Virus record (IMG/VR): IMGVR_UViG_3300049033_000012
Span: 1-43,073 of that record
Reading direction: 5' to 3' (one strand)
DNA length: 43,073 bases
Source of the DNA: a virus
Lineage: Duplodnaviria > Caudoviricetes
Part shown: positions 17,962 through 27,324 of the stretch, piece after piece
Layout of the letters: every line of letters begins with the position of its first letter
How positions within the stretch are numbered: the stretch's first letter is position 1
The notes under the pieces: generated by a model
Database searches by the model: none
What the model saw: the letters and a program-made list of their open reading frames with translations, nothing else
What the model was told of the DNA's origin: nothing
Program-made: the position numbers and the translations under genes

Positions 17962-18930
17962 TTACTGAGCGGCGTCGCCGATGGTGAGCACGCCAGCCGA
18001 GGCCTTGATGCTGTTCGCCACCAGGTCCCAGTTGGTGCCGGTTGCCAGCTCGGCGCTGGTTGGCGACTTGCCGCCGTTGGCGGTGTCCCAGGTGTAGCCC
18101 TTGAGGCCCAGGCCGAAGGTGTAGTCGGCTTGCATGGTGGTTTCGATGCGCTCCTTGCCGTTGGAGGTCTCGATGTTGGTGATCAGGTCGGAACCGTCCA
18201 TCACCACCGCAGCACCGTCGGCAAGGCTCAGCACCTTCTGCTTGTTCGGCGTGCCGGCCTCGTACAGAGCCGCGGCGTCGGTGATGATCACCGCCTTGCC
18301 GAGGATGTCGACCACCTGCACACCGCTGAAGGTGAACAGCTTTTCGGCGTTCGCCAAGTTCTGGCCCAGCAGCTTGTGGTACATGGCGCCGGTCATGACC
18401 TGGGCAACCAGGCGTTGCGAGGCATCACCGAACAGCGCGTGGGCGTTGTTGATGGCGATGTAGCTCACGCCAGCAGTGGCCGAAACATCGTTGGTTGCGG
18501 TCGGCTGGTTACCGATCGCAGCCGCCAAGGCAGCGATGGCGGTATTCAGCTGGTCCGACATGATGGCTTCGGACAGGTTGCGGCTGATGACCTCCAGCGC
18601 TTCCTCCGGGTTTTTCTGGATCCAGGAGAGCTGGGAAGGCTCCCACAAGATCGGACCGAAACCGCCCGCGATCTTCACGGAGTCGTACTGCTTCTGGGCC
18701 AGAGGGGTTGCTGCCTGGTTGCCGTTGGCGGCGTAACGGTCAACACGGCGCTGGGCGCTGTGCAGGCCAGCCCAGAACGACTCTTGCAGGAAGTCGCCGT
18801 CAATGCCCTGAGTGGTCAGGCGGATGGCACCTGCCGAAGCAGCGTTGAATTTCTCAACGTCCTGCGCCAGGGTCTCGATGGTGACGCGTTTGAGGTATTC
18901 GTTGAATACCTTCATGTTCGAAAGGGCCAT
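17962..18930 (-). CDS. Major capsid protein
   Basis: 322 aa after the scaffold gene; KFNAASAGAIRL, GLKGYTWD...GGKSPT; strong GGAGG RBS. Confidence 0.92.
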   Translation of the reverse strand: MALSNMKVFNEYLKRVTIETLAQDVEKFNAASAGAIRLTTQGIDGDFLQESFWAGLHSAQRRVDRYAANGNQAATPLAQKQYDSVKIAGGFGPILWEPSQLSWIQKNPEEALEVISRNLSEAIMSDQLNTAIAALAAAIGNQPTATNDVSATAGVSYIAINNAHALFGDASQRLVAQVMTGAMYHKLLGQNLANAEKLFTFSGVQVVDILGKAVIITDAAALYEAGTPNKQKVLSLADGAAVVMDGSDLITNIETSNGKERIETTMQADYTFGLGLKGYTWDTANGGKSPTSAELATGTNWDLVANSIKASAGVLTIGDAAQ

Positions 18931-18939
18931 TGGGCCTCC

Positions 18940-19686
18940 TTATTCGCTAGCGGTCAGGCCTTTGATAGCAGCGACTCGATCTTCCTTGCTGCCACCAAAA
19001 TTGCCCTTGGATTGGTTGTTCGATCCACCGCCATTGGGAGCGCCGCCGCCATTGGCGCCGGAACTCTTCAGGATGTGGTCACGATGGGGGTACTGCGAAA
19101 CGAGGGTTTCCAGCGCTTCGTTGAAGTCGGCCAGCTCACCCGGGCGCGCACGACTGAAGACTTTCTGGCCTTGGCCGTCATAGGCCACAACCTTGCCGTC
19201 CTCGATCTTAAAGTTGCTACCGAATGCGGCTTGAACCATGTCCGCGGGAATCGCCATCTTCTCGGCGATGAACTGCGAGCGTGCGAAGCTGCCACCGATC
19301 TTCTCGGAGTACAGTTGCTGCTCGAGGGTCTGCGCCTTGCCGTTGGCTTCATCCAGTTGAGCCTGGAAGGCCTTGCTGATCTCTCCCTTCACCTTCTCGA
19401 TCTCGCCGGCATCCACCAGCTTCTTGGCGTCGAGGTTGGCGACGGTTTCCAGGGCTTTCTTGGCTGCGGCGGCATCATCGATGCCCTCGAAGGCCTTGGC
19501 GACCTTCTCAAATCCATCAGCGCGCTCACGATGAGATTTAGCCTCAGCGTTCAGGCGGGTGATGGTGCTGCGAGTGCCCACCGCATCAAAAGCGACTTCT
19601 TTGCCGTCGTCTTCGACATACACGGGCTTGCCATCCTGGATCTCAGCGTATTGCTTGCCATCCACTTCAACAGTCTTCAGTTTCAT
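18940..19686 (-). CDS. Capsid scaffolding protein (DUF6651-like)
   Basis: Coiled coil, RLNAEAKSHRE, Gly-rich C-terminus; start MKLKTVE. Confidence 0.85.
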   Translation of the reverse strand: MKLKTVEVDGKQYAEIQDGKPVYVEDDGKEVAFDAVGTRSTITRLNAEAKSHRERADGFEKVAKAFEGIDDAAAAKKALETVANLDAKKLVDAGEIEKVKGEISKAFQAQLDEANGKAQTLEQQLYSEKIGGSFARSQFIAEKMAIPADMVQAAFGSNFKIEDGKVVAYDGQGQKVFSRARPGELADFNEALETLVSQYPHRDHILKSSGANGGGAPNGGGSNNQSKGNFGGSKEDRVAAIKGLTASE

Positions 19687-19698
19687 CTCGTCTCTCTG

Positions 19699-19751
19699 GG
19701 CCATCCGGCCAGTTGGTGAGCCATCCGGCCCTGTCGCGCCCCGTCCATCCG
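19699..19751 (-). promoter_or_regulatory. Three CGGATGG repeats forming GGA-loop hairpins in the scaffold gene leader
   Basis: Minus strand: TTCGGATGGA, GGCCGGATGGCT, GGCCGGATGGCC just upstream of the ATG. Confidence 0.6.
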
Positions 19752-19858
19752 AACCGCAGGCAGAAAAAAGCCCCGGCTGTGGCCAGGGCTGTTAGTTGAG
19801 AACTCATTGGTTAGGGTAGGATCCGCAGCTTGGAATCACAGAACCCTTGGAGCATCAG

Positions 19859-20362
19859 ATGGATCTAGGCTCATCCACAACCGCCCGGTGGACAATTGCG
19901 ATTGGCGTGCTAGGCATATTTGCTAGTATCTGCGCGGCGGGATTGACGTACTACGCCAGCTATCTTTCCACCCGCCAAGTAGCCATTGAGACCTGCATGC
20001 AGCGGGTCGATAAGCAGGAAGCAATCATTCGAGAAAAGTCTGAGGCCGTGCTCAGCGCAATTGCATCATTCGGCAGCAAGATCCAGGCGCCGAACAGCGC
20101 CGCAGACAACGAGGCTCTATTTCACAGTCTCGGCCAGGTAGTGGTGGAGACATCCATGCGCCTCGTTGCATATGCTCCGGCAGAGCTGGTAATCCCGACA
20201 CTCAAGTTGGCAGCTACGGTTCAAATAGGACTCATGGCTGAGACAACCGAAGAGAAGCTTGCATCGATATCCATGGCTCCCACAGCAATGACCGATTGGC
20301 CCAAACAGTATTTTGGTCTGATGGATAAATTTGAAAGCCGGAGGAACGATTGCTTCAAGTAG
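19859..20362 (+). CDS. Moron: membrane-anchored hypothetical protein
   Basis: Opposite strand to the head operon; N-terminal TM helix WTIAIGVLGIFASICAAGLTYYA; GGAG RBS. Confidence 0.8.
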   Translation: MDLGSSTTARWTIAIGVLGIFASICAAGLTYYASYLSTRQVAIETCMQRVDKQEAIIREKSEAVLSAIASFGSKIQAPNSAADNEALFHSLGQVVVETSMRLVAYAPAELVIPTLKLAATVQIGLMAETTEEKLASISMAPTAMTDWPKQYFGLMDKFESRRNDCFK

Positions 20363-20366
20363 AAGT

Positions 20367-20401
20367 GCGCCACGAAGTCGAAGCTCTCTGTTTCGTAGCG
20401 C
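20367..20401. repeat. Dyad element copy A
   Basis: GCGCCACGAA-N15-TTCGTAGCGC. Confidence 0.6.
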
Positions 20402-20405
20402 GTGA

Positions 20406-21485
20406 TTACTCGAGCCGCTCTCGCAGCTCCTCCAGAGTCAGGAACTTGCCCTTGTCGTTGTAAAAGTCATCGAGCTTGAGCTTGTCCTGCCGCAATAACT
20501 TTCCGCGCTCAGGGCCTAGGATCTCGTCCTGGCGTGCCGCTGACTGTCGCCCCAGCCATTCGGCGTAGGTCGTTGACTGCGGCACCTGGCCGTCCATGGA
20601 GGCGCGTGTAGCGCCATCGCTGAAGCCGAGCTTCGATGCGCTCTTGAGGATCGGAAACTTCGTCGATCGGCAGCACCAGTGGATTCGCCCGGGCCCGGCC
20701 AGCCAAGGGATCTTGTGCCCGATCGGCAGGTAGGTCCCCAGGGTGTACGGCATGCGGTCCCTGATGCGGCAGGTGGTCGAAGTCCGCGTGTCGAGGGTAC
20801 TGATCCACTCGACATGGCTGATGATGTCGCTGTTCGCCTCGTAGGCTTTGTCGCTGGCGGCCTCAGCCGTGCTTGAGACAGCAGACCGGACAACGGCCTC
20901 GATCTCTCGGCGCGACTTCTGAAGAATGCCGTCGGCATATTTCTCCGCCCGGGTGCCCATGATGTTACGGACGATCTCGGCAGTCGTTCGCCCTTCGACG
21001 ACTCCAGACCGCACAGCATCGCGCACCGACGCAGCGCGAGACGCCTCGATGCCACTCATCCACTCCCTGAGCAGTCGCCCCTGGAATGGCCTGGCCTGGG
21101 CAATAGCCTTGACCTGGCTGAACTGAACGGCCGCAATCGGGAAGGCTTCCTGCACAACGGCGGGTATCACCGCCTGGAGTGCGCCTTGCTGGAAGGCGAT
21201 CTCATATCCGATCAAGCTGTCGGTGGCCTGGTCCAGCGCTTGGCGGATCTCCACGAACGTGGATTGATTCAGACGAAGCACCGCGGACAGAGCCCCATCC
21301 ACCGAGGCCGCCGACAGATTGGTGCCGAGGTTGTCGAGCGCCTCGATCAGCGCAGCACGCAGCTCAGCGTCCTTGCTGTTGAGGATCTTAACGATCGCCG
21401 CGACCTGGGCATTGCTCAGGTGTTGCAGGTCAACCTCGTGCCCGATCAGCTTGTCGAGTAGCTTCTCGTTGGCGGTTTTCATCAC
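20406..21485 (-). CDS. Minor head protein (Mu gpF / SPP1 gp7 family)
   Basis: WISTLDTRTSTTC and PGRIHWCCRS motifs; follows the portal gene. Confidence 0.9.
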   Translation of the reverse strand: MMKTANEKLLDKLIGHEVDLQHLSNAQVAAIVKILNSKDAELRAALIEALDNLGTNLSAASVDGALSAVLRLNQSTFVEIRQALDQATDSLIGYEIAFQQGALQAVIPAVVQEAFPIAAVQFSQVKAIAQARPFQGRLLREWMSGIEASRAASVRDAVRSGVVEGRTTAEIVRNIMGTRAEKYADGILQKSRREIEAVVRSAVSSTAEAASDKAYEANSDIISHVEWISTLDTRTSTTCRIRDRMPYTLGTYLPIGHKIPWLAGPGRIHWCCRSTKFPILKSASKLGFSDGATRASMDGQVPQSTTYAEWLGRQSAARQDEILGPERGKLLRQDKLKLDDFYNDKGKFLTLEELRERLE

Positions 21486-22858
21486 ATGGTACCGAGTGCG
21501 GGGCCCTGGGCTTCTATCTTCGCCAGCTCCTGGGTCCAGTCATATTCATCACTGATGACGCCGCGTCGCTGCATCTCTGCGAACAGCGTCTCCTTGGACA
21601 GCATCCCGGCATTCGCCATCGCTACGAGCGTCGGCAGCGACACCTCCGGCATGTAGTCCACGTCGAAGTTGCCGCGCATCTCGACCGTGCCGCCATCGCC
21701 CAGGCCACGGTAATCGGCCATGAGCTGGAGAAGCTGGGCCAGGCAATCTGCAAAGTGGTTCGCCATCCGCGCCAACGGCGATAGCTCCTGCGCTGCCTCC
21801 TCGTCCGCCTGAGTGGCGGTCTTGGTGGGGCTCTTCTCTGGCGTGAGCAGCTTGGCACCGGCCATGCGCATCTCATCGAGCAAGTCTTGCAACGCTTCCC
21901 TGCCCGCCTTTACCGCCGCCCCGGTGTGCTCGACGTACTTGAGGTCGCCATTCATGGGCAGGTCGGTCAGTGAGCCGGTCCCAACCTTGAATTCTGGCGG
22001 GACTGGCTTGCCCTGGTTGTCGAATGTAGCCTGCACACCGATGCGTACCAGGATCGGCACGCGGATGACGTGAAGGATGTTGTCTTGGTCGCTCTGGCTT
22101 TGCCAGTGCTTGACGTTGAGGTGGGCCAGCTCCAGGAGTGGCGGCTTGGCCGTCATGAAGCCGGTCCGTCCGGTGTAAAAGGTCACCAAAGGGATGTATG
22201 CCAGGCTGTTGGCTCCCTCGTCGTGCAAACCCCATCCGCCTTTTTCCGCCTTGCGGTACGTCCGCCAGGCTCCAGGCTCAAGAACACGGATCTGCTCGAC
22301 GCACTTCGCGCCAAACTCACCATCCTCCTCCTCGACGATCTCGATATAGCGGAACATCGTGAGCTGTCCGCCCTTGGCCCTCCAGCCCAGCACCTGCTCA
22401 GGCTTCACCAGAACGGCATAGGGCCTCACTCCGGCGGCAATCTCCTCCGCCTGGGTGCGCACTCCCTCAGTGCGAGAGTGGTCAATGAGCGCATGACACA
22501 GGCCGTGGCTCAAGCCTTCGCGGAAGAATTCAACAGCCCATGAGTTGAGGTCGTTGCCGGAGTGGTCGATGTCAGCGGTCATCTCTACGAGTTGCCCTGG
22601 CACATCATCGCCGACCTGCAAAGGCTCGGCGAACACCCTGGAGGTCATGTTGCCGACCGTCTCCGAGTAGGCAGGCAGCAACGTAGAGAGGCGCAGGCGC
22701 TCCTTGTACGACTCGTCGTCTTCAGCAGGATACTGCGGGAGCAAGCTTTTGCCTGCCGCCCTCATCGCCATAGTTCCGCCCATGAGCGGAGTGATCACGT
22801 CCCAGTACTTGCGCATGGCGTCAACGGCCGGCAGCGTGTCACTCGGGTTATTGCTCAT
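21482..22858 (-). CDS. Portal protein (DUF4055-like)
   Basis: MGGTMAMRAAG..LLP, PPLLELAHLNVKHWQSQSD; follows TerL. Confidence 0.9.
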   Translation of the reverse strand: MSNNPSDTLPAVDAMRKYWDVITPLMGGTMAMRAAGKSLLPQYPAEDDESYKERLRLSTLLPAYSETVGNMTSRVFAEPLQVGDDVPGQLVEMTADIDHSGNDLNSWAVEFFREGLSHGLCHALIDHSRTEGVRTQAEEIAAGVRPYAVLVKPEQVLGWRAKGGQLTMFRYIEIVEEEDGEFGAKCVEQIRVLEPGAWRTYRKAEKGGWGLHDEGANSLAYIPLVTFYTGRTGFMTAKPPLLELAHLNVKHWQSQSDQDNILHVIRVPILVRIGVQATFDNQGKPVPPEFKVGTGSLTDLPMNGDLKYVEHTGAAVKAGREALQDLLDEMRMAGAKLLTPEKSPTKTATQADEEAAQELSPLARMANHFADCLAQLLQLMADYRGLGDGGTVEMRGNFDVDYMPEVSLPTLVAMANAGMLSKETLFAEMQRRGVISDEYDWTQELAKIEAQGPALGTM

Positions 22859-22860
22859 GG

Positions 22861-24180
22861 TTACATTCTCAGAGACTGGCTGGTGGTCATTTCCACGTTG
22901 ATTGGATAGCGCTTGGCGATGAAGTAGCCGGCGGCGTCGTTCATGTGGTCGTGACCCTTTTTTGGGTCCTTGTCAGGATCGCCGTGCTTGTCATAGGTTT
23001 GCCGCTCCAGGCATAGCGTCAGCTGCGGGCATTGGTCTGTGTTGACCTTCAGTCGTCGCTCGCCGTATGTATTCAGCAACATGGCATTGACGGCGTTCAC
23101 GCGGTCTTTTACGCCCGGGTTCTGACTGTCCACGATTACCGTGAACCCAGCCTTACGCAGCAGGGATAGGTCGGATTCGCTGGCGTTCTTGCTGCTGGTG
23201 TTCTGGCCGCTGGCGTCGGGATAGACCGCAATGCCGTGCCCTGGGAAGCGCGCCTGGATCTTCTCGATCATCTCTGGCGTGTCACGCACCGAATGGAACT
23301 CATCCAGGGCAAGCGGCAGTCCTTCACGCACCACGTAGACAACCGCGGCCATCTTCATGACGTTGAAGTCCATGCCGATATGCAGCGCCTCTCCGGGCTT
23401 GATGCGCTCGCTTGTCCTGCTCTCGCTGCGACTGAAGGTGTAGTAGACGACGCCAGCGTAGTTCTCAAAGCTGGCCTCGTATTCCTGCCGGAACGTGCGC
23501 GGGTCCATCTTGCGGCGCGCCGCGTCAAGCTCTTCAGCCGGGACATTGCCGCCCTGCAGCGAGGTGTAGAGCCAACTCTTGTGATCCGGCTCGCCGCCTG
23601 GCTGCCCATCGCGATATGTGTCGAAGCAGTGGTTAAAGCCCTTTGGGGTGCCAATGCGCAAGGCATGGCCTCCCTTGCACTTTCCCACGCCGGGGACGAT
23701 GTATTCGCAGGTGGAAAGCATCGGGCGAAGGACTTCTTCCCAGGCCGCCCACTTGCAGTCTGCCCATTCGTCCACCAGGACAAAGAACAGACCGGAGCCG
23801 CGCAGGTCGTCGTAATTCTCCAGGCCGACGCAGCGGATCAGGTGCCCGCTCTTCAACGTGATCAGCATGTCCGACTCGTTCGGCTTGCATTCCCGCCACT
23901 CACGGGGGATGGCCTGCTTCAACCGGCGCCAGAAGACCCGGCGGGCCTGTTTCTGCGTCGGAGCTGCGTACCAGATCTCATCCTCGACGCTCACACCCCA
24001 CTCTGCGGCCAGCCTGGCAGCACGGCGCATCTCCGCCTTGCCGAGGAAGGTCTTGCCGAACCGGCGACCACACACAGCATCACGGAAGCGTGCATTACGC
24101 TGGTAACCCCAGACGTAGATGTTCGCCTGCTTCGGCGTCAGCTTGACCGGTGCTTCATAGGTGCGGGGTAACGGGGACAT
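22861..24180 (-). CDS. terL: Terminase large subunit
   Basis: Walker A GRRFGKT, Walker B VLVDE, nuclease motifs GMDFN and DHMNDA. Confidence 0.95.
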   Translation of the reverse strand: MSPLPRTYEAPVKLTPKQANIYVWGYQRNARFRDAVCGRRFGKTFLGKAEMRRAARLAAEWGVSVEDEIWYAAPTQKQARRVFWRRLKQAIPREWRECKPNESDMLITLKSGHLIRCVGLENYDDLRGSGLFFVLVDEWADCKWAAWEEVLRPMLSTCEYIVPGVGKCKGGHALRIGTPKGFNHCFDTYRDGQPGGEPDHKSWLYTSLQGGNVPAEELDAARRKMDPRTFRQEYEASFENYAGVVYYTFSRSESRTSERIKPGEALHIGMDFNVMKMAAVVYVVREGLPLALDEFHSVRDTPEMIEKIQARFPGHGIAVYPDASGQNTSSKNASESDLSLLRKAGFTVIVDSQNPGVKDRVNAVNAMLLNTYGERRLKVNTDQCPQLTLCLERQTYDKHGDPDKDPKKGHDHMNDAAGYFIAKRYPINVEMTTSQSLRM

Positions 24181-24631
24181 TCTCGTCAGGCTCCAGGGTG
24201 TACTCAGCAACGGCGTGCTGCTGGTCCGCTTGTGAGCCCAGTGGTTTCTCAGGTTCGAGGCGACGATTCACGTATACGTCACCCACTTCTTTGGCTGCCT
24301 GCTCCAGCAACTGGGCAGTCAGCGCCATGTTCTTCATGTTCTCGGCCTTCTCGGCCATGCGTCCCAAGGTGCGAAGTCGATACGCTCGGTTGGCGATCGG
24401 GATCTCGGCCGTCTCTTCGCGGAACCTTTTGCGGGTGTCGTTGAACAGCGTCTGCCACTTCACGTGCAGGTTGCGTCCAACGTACTTGGTTGGGTCGTAT
24501 GCCTCGCACTGCTGGCGGGTAACTTCGAGCCCGAATCTTTCTTTGACGGACGCCACCACTTGCGATGGCGTGTCGAAGCAAGCGAGAGCCTGTACGACGA
24601 AGGCTTTCACCTCGTCTTTGAGTGCGGCCAT
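24155..24631 (-). CDS. Putative terminase small subunit (DUF2280-like)
   Basis: LACFDTPSQV...YDPTK...IPIANRAYRL; directly upstream of and overlapping TerL. Confidence 0.85.
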   Translation of the reverse strand: MAALKDEVKAFVVQALACFDTPSQVVASVKERFGLEVTRQQCEAYDPTKYVGRNLHVKWQTLFNDTRKRFREETAEIPIANRAYRLRTLGRMAEKAENMKNMALTAQLLEQAAKEVGDVYVNRRLEPEKPLGSQADQQHAVAEYTLEPDENVPVTPHL

Positions 24632-24661
24632 AAGTGGGCATCCGTCAAAGTACTGTCAAAG

Positions 24662-25285
24662 TCAGGCCGACTTGAGCAGACAGGTTCCGCAGGCCCTCGC
24701 AATGTTCAATTTCCCCACCTCAGCAGGACTGTTTGCAGCGTCCACCAACGCTTGAACGTCAGGGCTCGCACCGTAGCGACGGACCACACCGACGAACTCT
24801 TCCACGTCGTGCCCCTGAAGCTTGATCTTCGGCGCGCCGTCCTGCGTGAACGCTGGTTGACCGTACTTGTCGGCCGCGTGAGCCAGGTGGTACAGCTCGT
24901 GCTCGATGAGTGCGCAGAATTCGAGGTCGCTGCACCGGGCACAGTAGTCGGCAGCCAGGGTGATGATGAAGGTCGGTACTTCGCCGAACCAATCACGCAT
25001 CTGTTGCTCCATCCGGGCCTTCTGCCAACCGCCAGCGCGGAACGCCACTTGCTCGGCCTGGCCGAGGACTGTGCGGCCCTGCTTGTTGAAGCTCGACGAC
25101 GCCCACATGACCCGGATGTCTGCGTCCAGTAGATGGGCATGGTCTTCGTTGTGAATGCTGCCGGTGTCGGCAAGGATCTCGGCTTGGAGCCATTCCCACA
25201 CTTCAGGGGCCGGGGTCAGACGCAAATGAAATTCGGAAGGCTCAGAGAGCTCAAGCACGGCTGAGGAAGGAAAGGGTCTATTCAT
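24662..25285 (-). CDS. Putative phage metallopeptidase
   Basis: EHELYH (HExxH) and HDVEEF motifs. Confidence 0.88.
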   Translation of the reverse strand: MNRPFPSSAVLELSEPSEFHLRLTPAPEVWEWLQAEILADTGSIHNEDHAHLLDADIRVMWASSSFNKQGRTVLGQAEQVAFRAGGWQKARMEQQMRDWFGEVPTFIITLAADYCARCSDLEFCALIEHELYHLAHAADKYGQPAFTQDGAPKIKLQGHDVEEFVGVVRRYGASPDVQALVDAANSPAEVGKLNIARACGTCLLKSA

Positions 25286-25336
25286 GCACCTTCCCTCGAT
25301 AAAAAAAGACCCCGCATTGCACAGGGTCCTAGTTGC

Positions 25337-25528
25337 TTAGTCTTCCAATTCAATTTTCTTAAGCGTGAAGAGGAGGAAGTTTTCGTTTTGTACCATGCCC
25401 GAGCTATTGAACCACGTGCACTTCGCAAGCGGCTCACCAGTGCCAAACTCAAGGACTATGTCATTTACAATCATGCTCGGTCCGCCACTTTTCAGCGCGA
25501 CAACATCACCCTTTTCAATATCAGCCAC
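25337..25528 (-). CDS. YodC / DUF2158 family small protein (moron)
   Basis: GDVVALKSGGPSMIV...CTWF; AT-rich; followed by a hairpin with T-tract at about 25301-25330. Confidence 0.85.
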   Translation of the reverse strand: MADIEKGDVVALKSGGPSMIVNDIVLEFGTGEPLAKCTWFNSSGMVQNENFLLFTLKKIELED

Positions 25529-25592
25529 TGCAGAGCTCCTTTTTTAGTGAGTGCGCATATTGATACTTAAATGACATCACTTCAACTAGACG

Positions 25593-25781
25593 TTAGATGA
25601 TCATGATGTGGGTTTGTGCATGCGCGTGCCCGTGGAGCTCTGCGACGACCAGTCCCTGGGGAAGTCCTGCGGCTATGGCGGCATCTACCGCCTTGGCGAT
25701 GGCGTTATCCAGATCGGTCAGGGCCTTGTAGATGTCCTGGCTCATAGGGAGAGCGTGGCGAAGGCGGGTTACGTTGGTCAT
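25593..25781 (-). CDS. Hypothetical protein
   Basis: MTNVTRLRHALP start; ATGA-coupled to the upstream small ORF. Confidence 0.7.
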   Translation of the reverse strand: MTNVTRLRHALPMSQDIYKALTDLDNAIAKAVDAAIAAGLPQGLVVAELHGHAHAQTHIMII

Positions 25782-25903
25782 GCGAGCACCACGCGGAAGT
25801 GTGAGGCGATCCAGATCAAGCCCTCGATCACAGCCCAACCTCCGACGGCGCACACGACACCAAGCATGATGAAAGCGCCGGTCATATCGGGCAACTTACC
25901 CAT
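25778..25903 (-). CDS. Small membrane protein (41 aa, absent from the ORF track)
   Basis: MGKLPDMTGAFIMLGVVCAVGGWAVIEGLIWIASHFRVVLA; GAGG RBS; ATGA overlap with the next gene. Confidence 0.6.
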   Translation of the reverse strand: MGKLPDMTGAFIMLGVVCAVGGWAVIEGLIWIASHFRVVLA

Positions 25904-25919
25904 AAGGATTCCTCTCAAG

Positions 25920-25959
25920 TGTCGCGACACAATTTACTGATGCGCGAAACGTGTCACGC
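25920..25959. repeat. Dyad element copy B
   Basis: TGTCGCGACACAATTT...AAACGTGTCACGC; near-identical arms to copy C in inverted orientation. Confidence 0.7.
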
Positions 25960-25960
25960 T

Positions 25961-26281
25961 CTACCGCTTCTTCTCGCAGCCCATGCAGTGCTCGCAGTTC
26001 AGGTGCCGACAGATCCAGCCCTTAACCCGCTGCCAGCACGTGACCATGAACAGGTGGCGGATACCGGCCAGGGCCAGTGCGATATGTAGGGTCAGCCCGG
26101 CAGTGGTCGGGCCGAACAGGAAGCTGTCGTGCCGGGTGGTGACCACGTACGCGCTGATGGCGATCGTCGAGTAGATCAGCTTCCCGAGGATGCCATCCCT
26201 CACCTTCCCGCTCACCACACACCAGAACGCCCACAAGGCGATCATGCCGCAGGCGATGGAGTTGACCAGTTCAAGATTCAT
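25961..26281 (-). CDS. Multi-TM protein coupled to the holin (holin/antiholin partner)
   Basis: About three hydrophobic segments; ATGA overlap with the holin. Confidence 0.7.
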   Translation of the reverse strand: MNLELVNSIACGMIALWAFWCVVSGKVRDGILGKLIYSTIAISAYVVTTRHDSFLFGPTTAGLTLHIALALAGIRHLFMVTCWQRVKGWICRHLNCEHCMGCEKKR

Positions 26282-26607
26282 GGTGGATTGCCTCCCCCGA
26301 ACCGCTGGCGGATGAACGCCCAGAGGTCAGCGGCTTTAATGGCCCGGGTGATGGCGGCGATAAGCGATCCGCCAAAGGTCCCCAGAAGGAAGCCCACGCC
26401 AGCAACACTGCGCGGCTCGACCACTCCGAAATAGGAACTGATCAGGCCCGTCAGGTAATGGGCGCAGACAGCACCCGAGAAAATGAAGATGGCCCAGGCC
26501 TTTCGGTCTACCAGGTCATCGCGGTGCCAGAAGCTTGCGGCGATTGCGCCGAGCAGTCCGGCAAAAGCCCAGTCGAGCTTATCGAACAGGCGCTGTAGAA
26601 ACTCCAT
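26278..26607 (-). CDS. Putative holin
   Basis: 109 aa, three TM segments, basic C-terminus; early position in the late operon. Confidence 0.75.
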   Translation of the reverse strand: MEFLQRLFDKLDWAFAGLLGAIAASFWHRDDLVDRKAWAIFIFSGAVCAHYLTGLISSYFGVVEPRSVAGVGFLLGTFGGSLIAAITRAIKAADLWAFIRQRFGGGNPP

Positions 26608-26734
26608 GCCTTCGACTCCGACTGTGCATGATTGAAGAAAAGGGCCGGTGTGATCGGCCAAACGCTGGGGAGCAACGGTGAAGTTGAATCGGCTCGAGTA
26701 GCACTCCCAGCTCGGGGCAATGGGTGTGGGGAGC

Positions 26735-26975
26735 CGAAAACGAAAAAGCCTCCGCGAACGCAGAGGCCCTGAATAGGTGCGCTCGTCTTTCCTAGCTGTC
26801 GGCCAAAGACCATCCCAGCGTCGACGCCCCTTTGCATCGATCTCGCTGTTCCTGTATCGCGCCACTCCACAAGCATGTGAGATCAAAGTGCGCGGGCTGC
26901 CGGCGTTGATCCGTGCGGCGCACTATCCGGCTATCGACGTCCAGGCCTTCCCGATGGCTGTCCTGGCTACAGGTG
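26735..26975 (-). ncRNA. Candidate structured RNA in the late leader between two terminators
   Basis: No credible ORF; several hairpins; contains GACAGCTAGGAAAGACGAGC; ends at hairpin GCCTCTGCGTTCGCGGAGGC plus T-tract. Confidence 0.35.
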
Positions 26976-27027
26976 GAATTGGATGCATAAAAATCCCGCT
27001 TTAGGCGGGCTTTAAATAGCAGTAATC

Positions 27028-27324
27028 TTAGAAAAGGCCTTTGGCAGCCGCGAGCCTGATCAGCAAAGCGCAAGCAACCTTTCCATTTTCGCTTTGCCCG
27101 CGAATTACGGAGCTTTCAATGATTGGTCTGTCGATATCGAATAGATCATCTCCATCAAAGACCCTCAAGACCTTCAACAGATTCTCCGCCTGCGCTTGTT
27201 GTTGAACATCCGTAGCTCGCTTTGGACAATAGCTATCCATAAATTCGCCAACAGTCAGCGGGCAATTTTTCTGGAAAAAATCGATCATCTCGCAGAGATT
27301 TTGAAGGCCAGCTTTGTCAATCAT
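27028..27324 (-). CDS. Moron, hypothetical protein
   Basis: AT-richer 98 aa ORF flanked by terminator hairpins (about 26989-27011 and 27392-27415). Confidence 0.7.
   Translation of the reverse strand: MIDKAGLQNLCEMIDFFQKNCPLTVGEFMDSYCPKRATDVQQQAQAENLLKVLRVFDGDDLFDIDRPIIESSVIRGQSENGKVACALLIRLAAAKGLF

Noticed and set aside
17929-19719. 596-aa plus-strand ORF
   Set aside because: Antisense shadow of the capsid and scaffold genes, expected with high-GC codon bias; no motifs
23236-24171. 311-aa plus-strand ORF
   Set aside because: Antisense to the terminase large subunit
26608-26886. Long N-terminal extension of the holin in the ORF track
   Set aside because: Crosses a terminator and structured leader; the RBS supports the ATG at 26607
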